A DNA stretch of 62,526 nucleotides from an uncultured Candidatus Saccharibacteria bacterium (lineage in GTDB: Bacteria; Patescibacteriota; Minisyncoccia; JBAYJV01), in NCBI GenBank assembly GCA_964398685.1, contig CAYNNF010000005.1, positions 1-62,526 of the forward strand, given 5' to 3'. Both the position numbers and the translations under genes were made by a program. The notes under the pieces are model-generated. The model was not told the DNA's origin and did no database searches. It saw only the letters and a list, made by a program, of their open reading frames with translations. This document shows positions 7,234 through 16,610 of this stretch, in pieces. Position 1 is the stretch's first letter; each line of letters opens with the position of its first letter.

Positions 7234-8556
7234 TTACGATTCTTTTCCTTGTTCCAAAATATCTACTTGTTTTTGGAATTGAGTTGCCAGTTCCATAACA
7301 GAATCACCATAGAAGTAATAGCTTGGATTATTCCAACGCCTGCCGGCAAAATATACTTGCGCTGCTTTCCATTCAGCATCATAGGTCTGAGCCCCCGCGC
7401 CTGCTTGCGCCAACTTATAAGCGCATGCCACAAACGCATCACCAATATCCCAAGGATTGGGAGGATTGTGTCCAGTCAGACGGGCTATATCTTCTTCATA
7501 CGAGAGCCATGTTTGGGGCAAAAATTGCGCTGGCCCCATTGCTCCGCCCCAACCATAAGACGGCTTGCGGGAAACAGGAGTGGTGTCAGGATTAAGTCCT
7601 AATTTTGCGGTAATTTCTATAAAAGCCTCGTGATCTCTTGGATGCATGTCTTCGCGCCAAGTCCCAGTTCCAACATTAGTGCCCCATTCAGACTCTTTTT
7701 TGAGCATGGCAAGCAATAAAGCCGCCCTTGTTCCTGTCTTAACCGTCGCAATTTGGGCATATTTTAAAGCATCGCCAAACTTGAGAGAAACCCCTAATCC
7801 TTCTAATTGATAAAGCTGGTTTCTGATTGCTTCCATGGTAGCGTTAGATACTTCTACTTGGTCAATTAATTTATTCTTAGTATCTTGAGTTTGCGCCAAA
7901 AGTCCATCTTTGCTTTGCTTATTTTGATTTAAACTTGTTGTCTGAACCTTTTGCGCTTTTTTAAGATTATTTAACTCTTCTTCTCTTTCCTCAATTAATA
8001 TTTTTTCTTCTTCAAGTTTCAGTTTTAAATTTCTAATTTCATTTAAAGACGAGAGAAGTGATTCTTGAATTTCTTCAATTGCTTTCACGTCAGCAAAAAT
8101 ATCTGATAATTTTCCTTTTTTAAAAAATACTTCAACATAATTAAGGCTGTCGTTTTCGTAAATTATTTTGACTGTCCTAGAAAGTATTTTCTTTTCGCTT
8201 ATAATATTTTGCTCAATCACTTGAGTAGTGTTTTTAATAATATCAAGCCGCTTATTAGTATCCGCGATAGCCAAGGTCAAACTTTCAATTTCAAGGTTAA
8301 GTTTTTTAATTTTGTTTTCTAAAAGATCTATTTGTCCTTTAAGCGATTGCTCTTGTTGAGATGCAGTTTTTATTTCTTCCCTATATTGATTTACTTGTAG
8401 TTGAATCTGTTGCAATTTTTCTCTTAATTTTGCTTTTTCTTCTTCCGAATCCTGGGCAAAAAGAAAATGCGGAAATATAATTTCCGCCACAAACAAACCT
8501 AAAAACATTAACCTTAAAAAGCTAACTACAATATTAGATTTCAAAAATTTACTCAT
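7234..8556 (-). CDS. Secreted coiled-coil protein with C-terminal lytic transglycosylase (MltB/SLT_2-like) domain
   Basis: The C-terminus contains SYGWGGAMGPAQFLPQTW, the GAMGxxQFxPxTW block of MltB-type lytic transglycosylases. The N-terminal half is heptad-rich. The start is placed at MSKFLKSNIVVSFLRLMFLGLFVA (signal-like), because the longer track ORF overlaps rplY. Confidence 0.7.
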   Translation of the reverse strand: MSKFLKSNIVVSFLRLMFLGLFVAEIIFPHFLFAQDSEEEKAKLREKLQQIQLQVNQYREEIKTASQQEQSLKGQIDLLENKIKKLNLEIESLTLAIADTNKRLDIIKNTTQVIEQNIISEKKILSRTVKIIYENDSLNYVEVFFKKGKLSDIFADVKAIEEIQESLLSSLNEIRNLKLKLEEEKILIEEREEELNNLKKAQKVQTTSLNQNKQSKDGLLAQTQDTKNKLIDQVEVSNATMEAIRNQLYQLEGLGVSLKFGDALKYAQIATVKTGTRAALLLAMLKKESEWGTNVGTGTWREDMHPRDHEAFIEITAKLGLNPDTTPVSRKPSYGWGGAMGPAQFLPQTWLSYEEDIARLTGHNPPNPWDIGDAFVACAYKLAQAGAGAQTYDAEWKAAQVYFAGRRWNNPSYYFYGDSVMELATQFQKQVDILEQGKES

Positions 8557-8572
8557 ATTTTTTCTAATTTGG

Positions 8573-9268
8573 CTATTCTGTTTTTTTATCAGACGGCGCG
8601 GACTCCTCTTTGTCTTTTGCTTCTTCAGAACCTGTTTCTTCTTTCTCAGCCACTCCTTCAACCTGTTCAACGTCTTCTTTAACCTCTTCATCAAGTGCTT
8701 CAATTTCTTCTTGCGTGCGGGGCGCTTTGATTAAAGCAATAAAATCGTCCAAATCTGTTAAAATTTCTACTTTTTCTGAAATCGGTAAATCGCTAACTTT
8801 AATATGATCATTAAAGTTTTTCAACGATGAAAGATCCACTTTAATGTCGTGAGGAAGGTCTTTGGAAAGAGCTTTTACTTTGATAGCTCTAAGATTTGTG
8901 ATCAAAATTCCTCCCAAATATTCAACAGCGGGACTAATATTTTCAAAAATCAAAGAAATTTCCGTTGTTATTGCTTCATCCGCCTTAATGCGGTAAAAAT
9001 CAATATGTAAAATTTCTTCCGATACGGGATCGCGTAACATGTCATGAATTAAGACATCATAAATTTTGTCTCCCTCAATTTCTAATTTAATTACCGTGCT
9101 TTCGCCTGCTTTTTTTAAAATAATTAAAAAATTATTGCGATTAATTTTGAGAGGAATGTTTTTAAATTTATGACCATAAATAACTGCCGGTATAAACCCC
9201 TCTTTTCTCAGTTTTTTTACCTGTTTGCCAAGTATCTCTCTTTTTTGAGCTTTAAGATTAAATTCCAT
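8573..9268 (-). CDS. rplY: 50S ribosomal protein L25 / general stress protein Ctc form
   Basis: The N-terminus LKAQKREILGKQVKKLRKEGFIPAVIYGH is typical L25. A long two-domain Ctc-type body and an acidic tail follow. Confidence 0.85.
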   Translation of the reverse strand: MEFNLKAQKREILGKQVKKLRKEGFIPAVIYGHKFKNIPLKINRNNFLIILKKAGESTVIKLEIEGDKIYDVLIHDMLRDPVSEEILHIDFYRIKADEAITTEISLIFENISPAVEYLGGILITNLRAIKVKALSKDLPHDIKVDLSSLKNFNDHIKVSDLPISEKVEILTDLDDFIALIKAPRTQEEIEALDEEVKEDVEQVEGVAEKEETGSEEAKDKEESAPSDKKTE

Positions 9269-9286
9269 AATAACAATGAAAAAATA

Positions 9287-10180
9287 CTAATAAATTGTTT
9301 TATCATTACTTCCAAATAACTTAATTTTATATTCTACTATTTTTCTGAGTTTGTTTATAGGTTCTTTAAGATATTTATAGGGAACGATTTGCTCTTTATT
9401 TTTTTTGAGTTCTGCCCTTAATGCTTCGGTATATGCGTTTCTAAGGTCAGTATTGATATTAATTTTTACTATGCCTGCGCTTCTGGCTTGTTTTAAGTCA
9501 TCCTCGCTCGTGCCTGAACCTCCGTGGAGAACAAGAAAAGTATTTTTTAGCTTACTGTTAATTTCTTGGATACGATTAATATCTAAGGGAGGGTTATTTT
9601 CTTTGTTTTTTAGGGCTCCGTGAATATTCCCTACTGAAATTGCTAAAAGATCTATCTGGGTTTCTTTGACAAATTTTTCGGCTTGATCTGGGTCCGTATA
9701 ATCTTTCTGAGATACAAAAGGGGATTCTTCATACACATTAGAAGAACCTCTTAAATAGCCTAATTCTCCCTCAACTAACACGCCGCAACACTGAGCATAG
9801 TCTACTACTTCTTTAGTTTTTGTCAAATTCTCCTCAAAGCTCAATCTTGATCCATCAAATTGAACCATATCATAACCAGAGTTTATCGCTTGTTTAATAA
9901 TATTAATTTCTTTGCCATGATCAAGGTTTAAAAAAGCCGAAACATTATATCTCTTGCGAAAAACTTTTACTGCCCCTACCGTCAAATCTATTCCTAAAAA
10001 ATCAGTTTCGCCTGGAGATGTCTGAACAATAATTGGGCTCTTGAGTGTGTTTGCTGCTTCAAAAATTGCTCTCAATTGTTCAAGAGTTGAAAAATTAAAC
10101 GCTCCAACGGCAAATTTCTTTTCTTGGGCTTTTTTTAAGATCTCTTCAAAATTGTTCTTTCTTAATTTCACGTTTCTCAT
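9287..10180 (-). CDS. fba: Class II fructose-1,6-bisphosphate aldolase
   Basis: FAVGAFNFSTLEQL..., PIIVQTSPGE, LNLDHG and LVLHGGSG are the class II FBA/tagatose-BP aldolase signature blocks. Confidence 0.85.
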   Translation of the reverse strand: MRNVKLRKNNFEEILKKAQEKKFAVGAFNFSTLEQLRAIFEAANTLKSPIIVQTSPGETDFLGIDLTVGAVKVFRKRYNVSAFLNLDHGKEINIIKQAINSGYDMVQFDGSRLSFEENLTKTKEVVDYAQCCGVLVEGELGYLRGSSNVYEESPFVSQKDYTDPDQAEKFVKETQIDLLAISVGNIHGALKNKENNPPLDINRIQEINSKLKNTFLVLHGGSGTSEDDLKQARSAGIVKININTDLRNAYTEALRAELKKNKEQIVPYKYLKEPINKLRKIVEYKIKLFGSNDKTIY

Positions 10181-11448
10181 TTTAAATTTTTCGTCACTCT
10201 AATATATCCTTTATAGATATTATCTAAGGTCATTTTTTCTAATTCTTTGTCACCGCCAACATAGCCCTCAAAAATCCTATTCCATAATGCCTCTTGTTGA
10301 TGATAAAGATATTTAATTAATTCTTTCTCTTGAACCAAGCTCATAATGTTATCTACTAAATCAAAACTAACCAAAATCTCTCCCTCTTTTTCACTATGAT
10401 AAAAATCTCCTATCCAGTCAAAGTCCTGCCAAAAAAGATCTTCCCAAAAACCCATTTCAATTTCTGGAAATTCTTTGCCAAACTGCGCTAAGATTCTTTC
10501 GGCCTTTTTCCAGTGAATTACTTCAGGATTAATATGGGGAGACAAGAGGCGCGGATCCTGTTTGTCATTCTTCGCTAAATATCTTTGAACAATCATCCAA
10601 TCATCATCCTTAAGCCCTTTCCTACTTTTCGCAACATTTCCCCGAAGAAGTGAAATTAATTTTTCGCCAAAATTATCGGACTCTGAGTAACGTTTAATTA
10701 ATTTACTGTAAAAAGAAAGCTCATTTAAATAATGCAAGCTTAGAGAAAAAAGACGAAAATTTTCTCCATTCGCATGATCGGTCATCGGCAAAACAAAAAC
10801 TACTCCCAATTCTTTAAGGTGGCTTAGATTATGATATTTTTTCTCAATAAATTTCATCGCTATCTCAAGCCATCTTCGGTTAAGAATTATAAATTTTACC
10901 TCTCGTTCTTCAAAATCATCCGCCTTAAGATTTTTATATTCATTGAGAAAAACATCATTCATCCATTTACTGTCTTCCAAAAGCCTTAAATTAGCGTAAA
11001 TTTCATAAATATTTTCCTTTTTAATTAAGTCGTTAACATTGCGATACTCGCCTACTTTAAGCAGATTGGGCGGTGGATTTTTCCTTAATAAATTTTCGGC
11101 AACCTCTTCTTTTAGATAAAATCCCCTTTTTTCTCTTGTTAATTCTAAAGCTTTTTTTATCATCGGCTTGAAGCTTTCGGGTTTAATAAAATTAGGACGG
11201 CCAAAATAATCTGATAAAGTTTTGTCTGCTCTTCTTAGTCGGTTGATTAATGAAAAAAATATTTCCTCGCTGCTTTTTGTTTTAACTTTAAGTTTTTTAA
11301 GAGCGATTTCAAGAATTCTCTGATTAGTTTCGTATATTTCATCAATAACTTTCTTTTTTCCCGTTTTCTCACTCATTGATTTATCCAATGCCTTTAATAA
11401 TGCCGGCTCAACCCTCAAAATTTTGGCAATATTATCTATAGCTTTCAT
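10177..11448 (-). CDS. Conserved-looking hypothetical protein, translationally coupled to fba
   Basis: 423-aa soluble-looking ORF with no motif I can assign. Its TGA overlaps the fba ATG (ATGA at 10177-10180). Confidence 0.6.
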   Translation of the reverse strand: MKAIDNIAKILRVEPALLKALDKSMSEKTGKKKVIDEIYETNQRILEIALKKLKVKTKSSEEIFFSLINRLRRADKTLSDYFGRPNFIKPESFKPMIKKALELTREKRGFYLKEEVAENLLRKNPPPNLLKVGEYRNVNDLIKKENIYEIYANLRLLEDSKWMNDVFLNEYKNLKADDFEEREVKFIILNRRWLEIAMKFIEKKYHNLSHLKELGVVFVLPMTDHANGENFRLFSLSLHYLNELSFYSKLIKRYSESDNFGEKLISLLRGNVAKSRKGLKDDDWMIVQRYLAKNDKQDPRLLSPHINPEVIHWKKAERILAQFGKEFPEIEMGFWEDLFWQDFDWIGDFYHSEKEGEILVSFDLVDNIMSLVQEKELIKYLYHQQEALWNRIFEGYVGGDKELEKMTLDNIYKGYIRVTKNLK

Positions 11449-11578
11449 GTGTTTTAAATTTTTAAATAATTAAACAATCTAATTAAAAACTGCTAGTAGA
11501 ATTTTAGCGCTTTTTTCATTATAACATAACTTAATTTTTTATAAATAACTTTTTTCAACAAATTCTTATGTGCAGATA

Positions 11579-11601
11579 GTGTAGAGGTTAGACCTCTACA
11601 C
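11579..11601 (-). terminator. Hairpin family copy 1 (gtgtagagg-ttaga-cctctacac), probable terminator after abiEii
   Basis: 9-bp perfect stem with T-runs on both sides, 30 nt downstream of the AbiEii stop. The same hairpin occurs at 19106 and 22041. Confidence 0.6.
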
Positions 11602-11630
11602 TTTTAAACTTTTAAGTTTGTTTGGCGAGA

Positions 11631-12335
11631 TTAATCCTCTGAATTATTCCTATAATTATCTATTTCCTTCACTGTTTCAGTAACAAGATGATCTTTTGCC
11701 CAACTTTTCTGACCCTCGTCTAAAATCTCGCCCAGCCCCTGAAGAATATTTTTAGAGTTATAATTCTTGATAATAAATTTCTTAAGATACTCAAGGTACT
11801 CCTTTAAAGTCTTACCTGTCCTTTCTTTAATTAACTTCTCATTAAGTGAGTAGCCCAGCTTTATAAAATGATAGATATCAAAAAGATCTCTGGCCGCCAA
11901 TGTTCTACGTTCGCTCAAAGCAACCATCTTATTGGAAAACATTGTTTTTTTGTCAGCAATTTTTATCTCTACACCCAAAAACCAAACTGTTTTATAGCTG
12001 TTATTTTTCCAGATCCTTTTATTGAATTCTATTTTTATATTAGGATAATTCGCTTCATAATCTAATAAAAAGAAAAGGGCAAATCTTTTATTTCTGGATT
12101 CTCTGACCTCGCCATGTTTTTTTAAAATGATTTTTAGAGTATCAATTTCTTCCTCTCTTAATTCTTCTAAAAGGTCAAAATCTAAATCAAGAGACATCCG
12201 TGATAAATTATAAAACATCATAGCTGCCGTCCCACCTTTAAAAACTACCTTGCCATTGAGATACTTGATAATATCTATCAAAATTTCGATTAAAATCCTT
12301 TTGTGCCTATCTATTTCAAAACTTTTTTTGGTCAT
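11631..12335 (-). CDS. AbiEii/AbiGii-family nucleotidyltransferase toxin (type IV TA)
   Basis: The N-terminal block KVVFKGGTAAMMFYNLSRMSLDLDFDL matches the KGGTAL...R.S.DIDF signature of AbiEii. It overlaps the upstream antitoxin-like gene by 4 nt. Confidence 0.8.
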   Translation of the reverse strand: MTKKSFEIDRHKRILIEILIDIIKYLNGKVVFKGGTAAMMFYNLSRMSLDLDFDLLEELREEEIDTLKIILKKHGEVRESRNKRFALFFLLDYEANYPNIKIEFNKRIWKNNSYKTVWFLGVEIKIADKKTMFSNKMVALSERRTLAARDLFDIYHFIKLGYSLNEKLIKERTGKTLKEYLEYLKKFIIKNYNSKNILQGLGEILDEGQKSWAKDHLVTETVKEIDNYRNNSED

Positions 12336-12898
12336 AATTTTAAATTTCTTACTCTTTCTTGAACGCTCAAAGGATAATTTTTGGCAAGTTTGTTCAGATA
12401 AGTTTTATTTATTTTTTCCCAGTCATCTATATTAACCACCGCGCCAAAATAAAATGAGTCAAGCAAAGCTCTTTCTGGACTCGCAACTGAGATATTATTT
12501 TTAAAATTAATCCCTTCAACATTAAAAAACAAATCTTTTTTTATTGATTGATATTTATAAATCTTGTCTCCTATTTGTTTTTGATAATTTAAAAGAGAAA
12601 CTGACTGTACTGTATCGTTTAATTGAAAACAAACGCCCCAAAAAAACAGAGCGGAATTAAAAGAGACGTACGAGGGAGAGATAATCAAGTTTGCTAATTC
12701 ATAAACATTGTATTCTTTATTAAGCGCGTAATAACCTTTTGCTAATTTCAAGATTAAATTCTTGGCCACCATTCTTTTAGCATAAATAACTGTGTTTCTG
12801 GAGCTTTCCTCCCACAAACTCTGTAAGTCTTTAGTGCAAAATACTGTTTTTTTGCTTTCTGTAAGAATCTTGAGTTTTTGAGTAATGTTTTTTGCCAT
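12332..12898 (-). CDS. AbiEi-family antitoxin / transcriptional regulator
   Basis: 188 aa. It has a winged-helix-like N-terminus ending in LAKGYYAL, then SPSYVSFNSALFFWGV, both typical of AbiEi. It is paired with AbiEii. Confidence 0.75.
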   Translation of the reverse strand: MAKNITQKLKILTESKKTVFCTKDLQSLWEESSRNTVIYAKRMVAKNLILKLAKGYYALNKEYNVYELANLIISPSYVSFNSALFFWGVCFQLNDTVQSVSLLNYQKQIGDKIYKYQSIKKDLFFNVEGINFKNNISVASPERALLDSFYFGAVVNIDDWEKINKTYLNKLAKNYPLSVQERVRNLKL

Positions 12899-12909
12899 AC
12901 ATTTAACAC

Positions 12910-12931
12910 AAGTATACAGATATGTATACTT
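12910..12931. promoter_or_regulatory. 22-bp palindrome immediately upstream of abiEi (candidate operator)
   Basis: aagtataca-gata-tgtatactt has perfect 9-bp arms and begins 12 nt upstream of the abiEi start codon. Confidence 0.5.
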
Positions 12932-13009
12932 CTATTGTACATAATAACTGCGCGCCGTCAAGATATTAATGGCCTATCGTATATTCTCTATCACTAAATC
13001 ACGAAATCT

Positions 13010-13957
13010 TTAACCACCGATGGCTTTAAGAATTCCTTCCTTATCTATTCCGTATTTTTCCCAAAGTTCTTTATATTTTCCTGATTCACCAAAGCTATTG
13101 TTTACCCCTAAGCGCTTCAATGGCACATTAATGTTGTTATCTGTTAAAACTTCTGAAATTGCCGATCCTAAGCCACCAATAATTTGATGATCTTCAACAG
13201 TAATTACTAATTTGGCATCCTTGACAAATTTTTTAATTGTTTCTTTGTCTAACGGTTTTATTGTATGAACATTCAGAACAGCTACTGATTTTCCTTGCTC
13301 CTTTAGTGTTTCAGCTGCCAATAAGGCCTCGTAAACCGAAAGTCCTGTGGCAAAAATAACAATATCTTTGCCTTGTTTTACAATATTAATCTTGCCAATT
13401 TCAAAAGGAGTATTTTTATCAGTAATAATGGGCGTCTCAGGACGCGCCAATCTGATATAAACCGGTCCATTAATTTTGCTTGCCGCGATTGTTGCTTGAT
13501 ACGCTTCGTTAGCGTCACAAGGCGCAACTACCGTCATATTGGGCAATACTCTCATTAGCGCCAAATCTTCTAGCATTTGATGAGTTGCTCCATCCTCCCC
13601 AGTGGCTAATCCCGCGTGAGAGCCAATTAGTTTCACATTGACATTATTATAGCAAACATCAATTCTAATTTGTTCCCATGCTCTGCCTGTCAAAAATTCA
13701 GCAAAACTGGCAACAAATGGTATTTTACCAGAAATCGCCAATCCCGCGGCTATTCCTACCATGTTTTGTTCAGCCACTCCACATTCAATAAACTGATCCG
13801 GTAATTCTTTTCTAACGCTTTCAATTCTCAGTGAAGGACTCAGATCAGCGCTCAAGATGAGAACATTGCGATTAGATTTTGCTAAATTAAAAACTGCTTC
13901 ACCAAATCCATCGCGTAGTGAACGAAGCTCTAATTTTTTGTTTTCAATACCGTCCAT
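13010..13957 (-). CDS. Transketolase, C-terminal subunit (pyrimidine-binding + C-terminal domains)
   Basis: 315 aa. FIECGVAEQNMVGIAAGLA and GATHQMLEDLALMRVLPNMTV are conserved transketolase blocks. It follows the N-terminal subunit gene. Confidence 0.85.
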   Translation of the reverse strand: MDGIENKKLELRSLRDGFGEAVFNLAKSNRNVLILSADLSPSLRIESVRKELPDQFIECGVAEQNMVGIAAGLAISGKIPFVASFAEFLTGRAWEQIRIDVCYNNVNVKLIGSHAGLATGEDGATHQMLEDLALMRVLPNMTVVAPCDANEAYQATIAASKINGPVYIRLARPETPIITDKNTPFEIGKINIVKQGKDIVIFATGLSVYEALLAAETLKEQGKSVAVLNVHTIKPLDKETIKKFVKDAKLVITVEDHQIIGGLGSAISEVLTDNNINVPLKRLGVNNSFGESGKYKELWEKYGIDKEGILKAIGG

Positions 13958-14010
13958 TGAATTAATTTCAATATTTAATTTGTCTAAAAAATTGTTAAGA
14001 GATTAAATAA

Positions 14011-14871
14011 TCAAACAATATTTTTGTTCTTTAAGTTTTGAAACTGAATATTAAGCTCTTCTAAGGCCTTTTTTGTTTCTTCTGCGTTAGGGGCTTTTCC
14101 GTGCCATCTCCATTTGCCCTCCATAAAGCCCACTCCTTTTCCAGATATAGTTTTTGCCAAAATTACACAAGGACCATCCTGATAATTTTTAGCTTCTTGG
14201 AGTATTTTTATTAGATCCTCAATATTATGGCCGTCAACTTCAAAAACCTGCCAACCAAAGGATTCATATTTTTGCTTAAGCGGATTTATCGGCATAATAT
14301 TGTCTATGTCTCCGCTTAATTGAATATTATTGCGATCAACAATCACTTTAAGGTTATCAAGCTGATTTCTGGCGCCAAACATAGTCGCTTCCCATACTGA
14401 ACCTTCTTGGTGTTCAGCATCTGACATTAAGCACCAAATAGCATATTGTTTACCTTCTTTCTTTGCTGTCAAAGCCATGCCTGCCGCCACTGAAAGTCCA
14501 TGACCTAAGGAGCCGCTAGACGCTTCCACTAACGAAAAATCCTTTTTAGAAGGATGGCCTTGAAGCTTGTTGCCGAGCTGCCTTAAATTGTTTAACTCCT
14601 CAGGCGGAAAATAGCCCGCTCTTGCCAAAGTGGCGTATAGAATAGGACAAATATGGCCATTGGATAAAATTACCCGGTCTCTTTCTATCCAGTCAGGCAT
14701 TTCAGGATTATGAGATAAAACCTTAAAATAGAGCGCTGTAAAAACATCAGCCATTCCTAAAGAACCGGCTGGATGTCCTGAACCAGCCTTGGCAATCATC
14801 GTAACAACATCCCGCCGAAGAAGATTGGCAATTTCTTTTAATTGTTCAGTTGAGTATTCAGCCAAAGACAT
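14011..14871 (-). CDS. Transketolase, N-terminal (TPP-binding) subunit
   Basis: 286 aa. GSGHPAGSLGMADVFTALY, LSNGH and GSLGHGLSVAAGMA are transketolase TPP-binding motifs. This is a split-gene arrangement. Confidence 0.85.
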   Translation of the reverse strand: MSLAEYSTEQLKEIANLLRRDVVTMIAKAGSGHPAGSLGMADVFTALYFKVLSHNPEMPDWIERDRVILSNGHICPILYATLARAGYFPPEELNNLRQLGNKLQGHPSKKDFSLVEASSGSLGHGLSVAAGMALTAKKEGKQYAIWCLMSDAEHQEGSVWEATMFGARNQLDNLKVIVDRNNIQLSGDIDNIMPINPLKQKYESFGWQVFEVDGHNIEDLIKILQEAKNYQDGPCVILAKTISGKGVGFMEGKWRWHGKAPNAEETKKALEELNIQFQNLKNKNIV

Positions 14872-14886
14872 GAGGAAAAATTAAAA

Positions 14887-15558
14887 CTATAATGTAAAAT
14901 TAAAAGCTTTGAGTTCTTGAACGATTTTTTTTATATTTTTTTCTTTCCATAAAAAACCTCCTATGTAAACCCTATCAATTCCCGCTTCGGCAATTTCTTT
15001 AATATTTTTATTGTTTACTCCTCCATCAATGCCAATTTTTATATCTTTTTTAAAGTTTTTTAAAAAATTAACTTTTTCTAAAACTTTCGCTTCAAACTTT
15101 CGTCCTTGTTTTCCTGGATTAACTCCTAAAAGTAAAATTTCATCTATCCTGTTTAAATATTCCACAATATGGCTTGGTGAAGTTTCGGGATTAATCGCAA
15201 TGCCCACTTCTATGTTCTGATCTTTTATTTTTTTTATTAAATTATTTATCGCAAATGCTCGCGTTTTCTTCTTGGCTTTATAAAATGCTTCATAATGAAA
15301 AGTAATTTTTTTAAAACCCGGATTTACTAAATCAGAAATCATCTTCCATGGTTTTTCAACCATAATATGAGCTTCTAATTTTAATTTTGTTTTTATTTTT
15401 TCAAATTTTTCTATACACCCAAGCTTATCAGACACAAATCTTTCGTCGCCAAAATCAATCTGGACCTTTTTAAAATAAGGTTCAAGCTTCTTTATCTTTT
15501 TTTTAATTTCAATAAAGTCTTTCTCTAAAATCGCTGGAATAATTTCAACAGTAGCCAT
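14887..15558 (-). CDS. rpe: Ribulose-phosphate 3-epimerase (divergent)
   Basis: 223 aa with a TIM-barrel pattern (IIPAIL..., QIDFGDERFV, EAHIMV, IDGGVN). It lies in a context with tkt and rpiB. The sequence is divergent, so the call is moderate. Confidence 0.65.
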   Translation of the reverse strand: MATVEIIPAILEKDFIEIKKKIKKLEPYFKKVQIDFGDERFVSDKLGCIEKFEKIKTKLKLEAHIMVEKPWKMISDLVNPGFKKITFHYEAFYKAKKKTRAFAINNLIKKIKDQNIEVGIAINPETSPSHIVEYLNRIDEILLLGVNPGKQGRKFEAKVLEKVNFLKNFKKDIKIGIDGGVNNKNIKEIAEAGIDRVYIGGFLWKEKNIKKIVQELKAFNFTL

Positions 15559-15605
15559 AGAATATAAAGGCCGGAAGGATATAAAATAATAATGGAACTC
15601 AGAAG

Positions 15606-16598
15606 CTATCTTTTTTTAGATAATGCTTTAGTTTTTTTCAGATCCCATCGGACAAAAACAATAATTCCGCCAAGAACAAAAACGAATATGATTACCACCC
15701 CAATAATAAACCATTTTTCTAAAGCAAACTGGGATTTAGCATATTTGCCTTCAACAATAAAACTTTCTAAGGGATCTAGTCCTGATGTGCTTTTTGTATA
15801 ACCTGGCACATATTGAATATCGCGAGAAAAATTACTAATTGCTACATCTTGGACTCCTTCTAATGCCAATGGCGCTTTTTGAAGGGAATAAGTAGTTGAA
15901 CTGGGTAGATAATCGGTTTTTGCTTCGCCTCCCTCAAGATAAAGACCTTCTTGAACATTAATAGCGACTCGCACGCTTTCAACGTCATAAGGAATTTTTA
16001 ATGTTTCGTAATTAAAATAGGAAATTCCCATCTTTTCTTGGACATACCCGCTAGCTTTGTAATAAAGGAGAATACTGATTGTTTCCTGTGGCAAAACTGG
16101 CTCGGGCAAATTAAAAGTAAATTGGACTGATTTTGATAGCTGTTCTTTTTCAAATTTCAGAGTATAGTAGCGCGGACCAGAAGCATACGGATACCATTCC
16201 ATGCACTGTTGACTAATGCTTTGAGGCATTGTTATTGAACCTTCCTCATAATCCATAGGCATGGGTATTGGTTCCCATCGGCGACACTGCCTTGACGACT
16301 GCGCGGATATCTCTTGAATCGCTTTAATCATTCTGACATCATTTCCCGGAATTTCAACCATAAATTTATCAATGTTTTTATCTATGTCTATATTCTCTAA
16401 ATTCAATTTAGCATTAACCGCCGCTTCTCCTTCTCCGTCAAAAATCACCGAATAATATTGGCTTTGTCCAAAGACAGAATCTGTTGCGGTTACAGAAGTG
16501 ATTGATTTAGGCAAGGGTTCGGCGTAAATCGGCGCAAGAGGCATCATCGCCACAAGTAAAACAGCAAAATAAGCTAAGATTAATCTAATTTTTTTCAT
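15606..16598 (-). CDS. Secreted protein with C-terminal membrane anchor (hypothetical surface protein)
   Basis: It has a signal peptide (LILAYFAVLLVAMMPLAPIYA), then a C-terminal TM helix (WFIIGVVIIFVFVLGGIIVFV) plus a basic tail. Confidence 0.6.
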   Translation of the reverse strand: MKKIRLILAYFAVLLVAMMPLAPIYAEPLPKSITSVTATDSVFGQSQYYSVIFDGEGEAAVNAKLNLENIDIDKNIDKFMVEIPGNDVRMIKAIQEISAQSSRQCRRWEPIPMPMDYEEGSITMPQSISQQCMEWYPYASGPRYYTLKFEKEQLSKSVQFTFNLPEPVLPQETISILLYYKASGYVQEKMGISYFNYETLKIPYDVESVRVAINVQEGLYLEGGEAKTDYLPSSTTYSLQKAPLALEGVQDVAISNFSRDIQYVPGYTKSTSGLDPLESFIVEGKYAKSQFALEKWFIIGVVIIFVFVLGGIIVFVRWDLKKTKALSKKR

Positions 16599-16610
16599 TT
16601 TATTAAATTA

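Noticed and set aside
7219-7602. Track ORFs 7219..7602 (+), 7263..7445 (-) and 7323..7595 (+)
   Set aside because: They lie inside or antisense to the well-supported lytic-transglycosylase domain, a locally GC-richer segment, and have no motif content.
8557-8703. N-terminal 49-codon extension of the 7234..8703 ORF
   Set aside because: It overlaps the 3' end of rplY and is pure Lys/Arg low complexity. A signal-peptide-like start (MSKFLKSN...) at 8556, just downstream of the rplY stop, is far more plausible.
12754-12942. 62-aa ORF overlapping the abiEi start region
   Set aside because: It overlaps abiEi out of frame on the same (minus) strand and spans the operator palindrome. There is no supporting motif.
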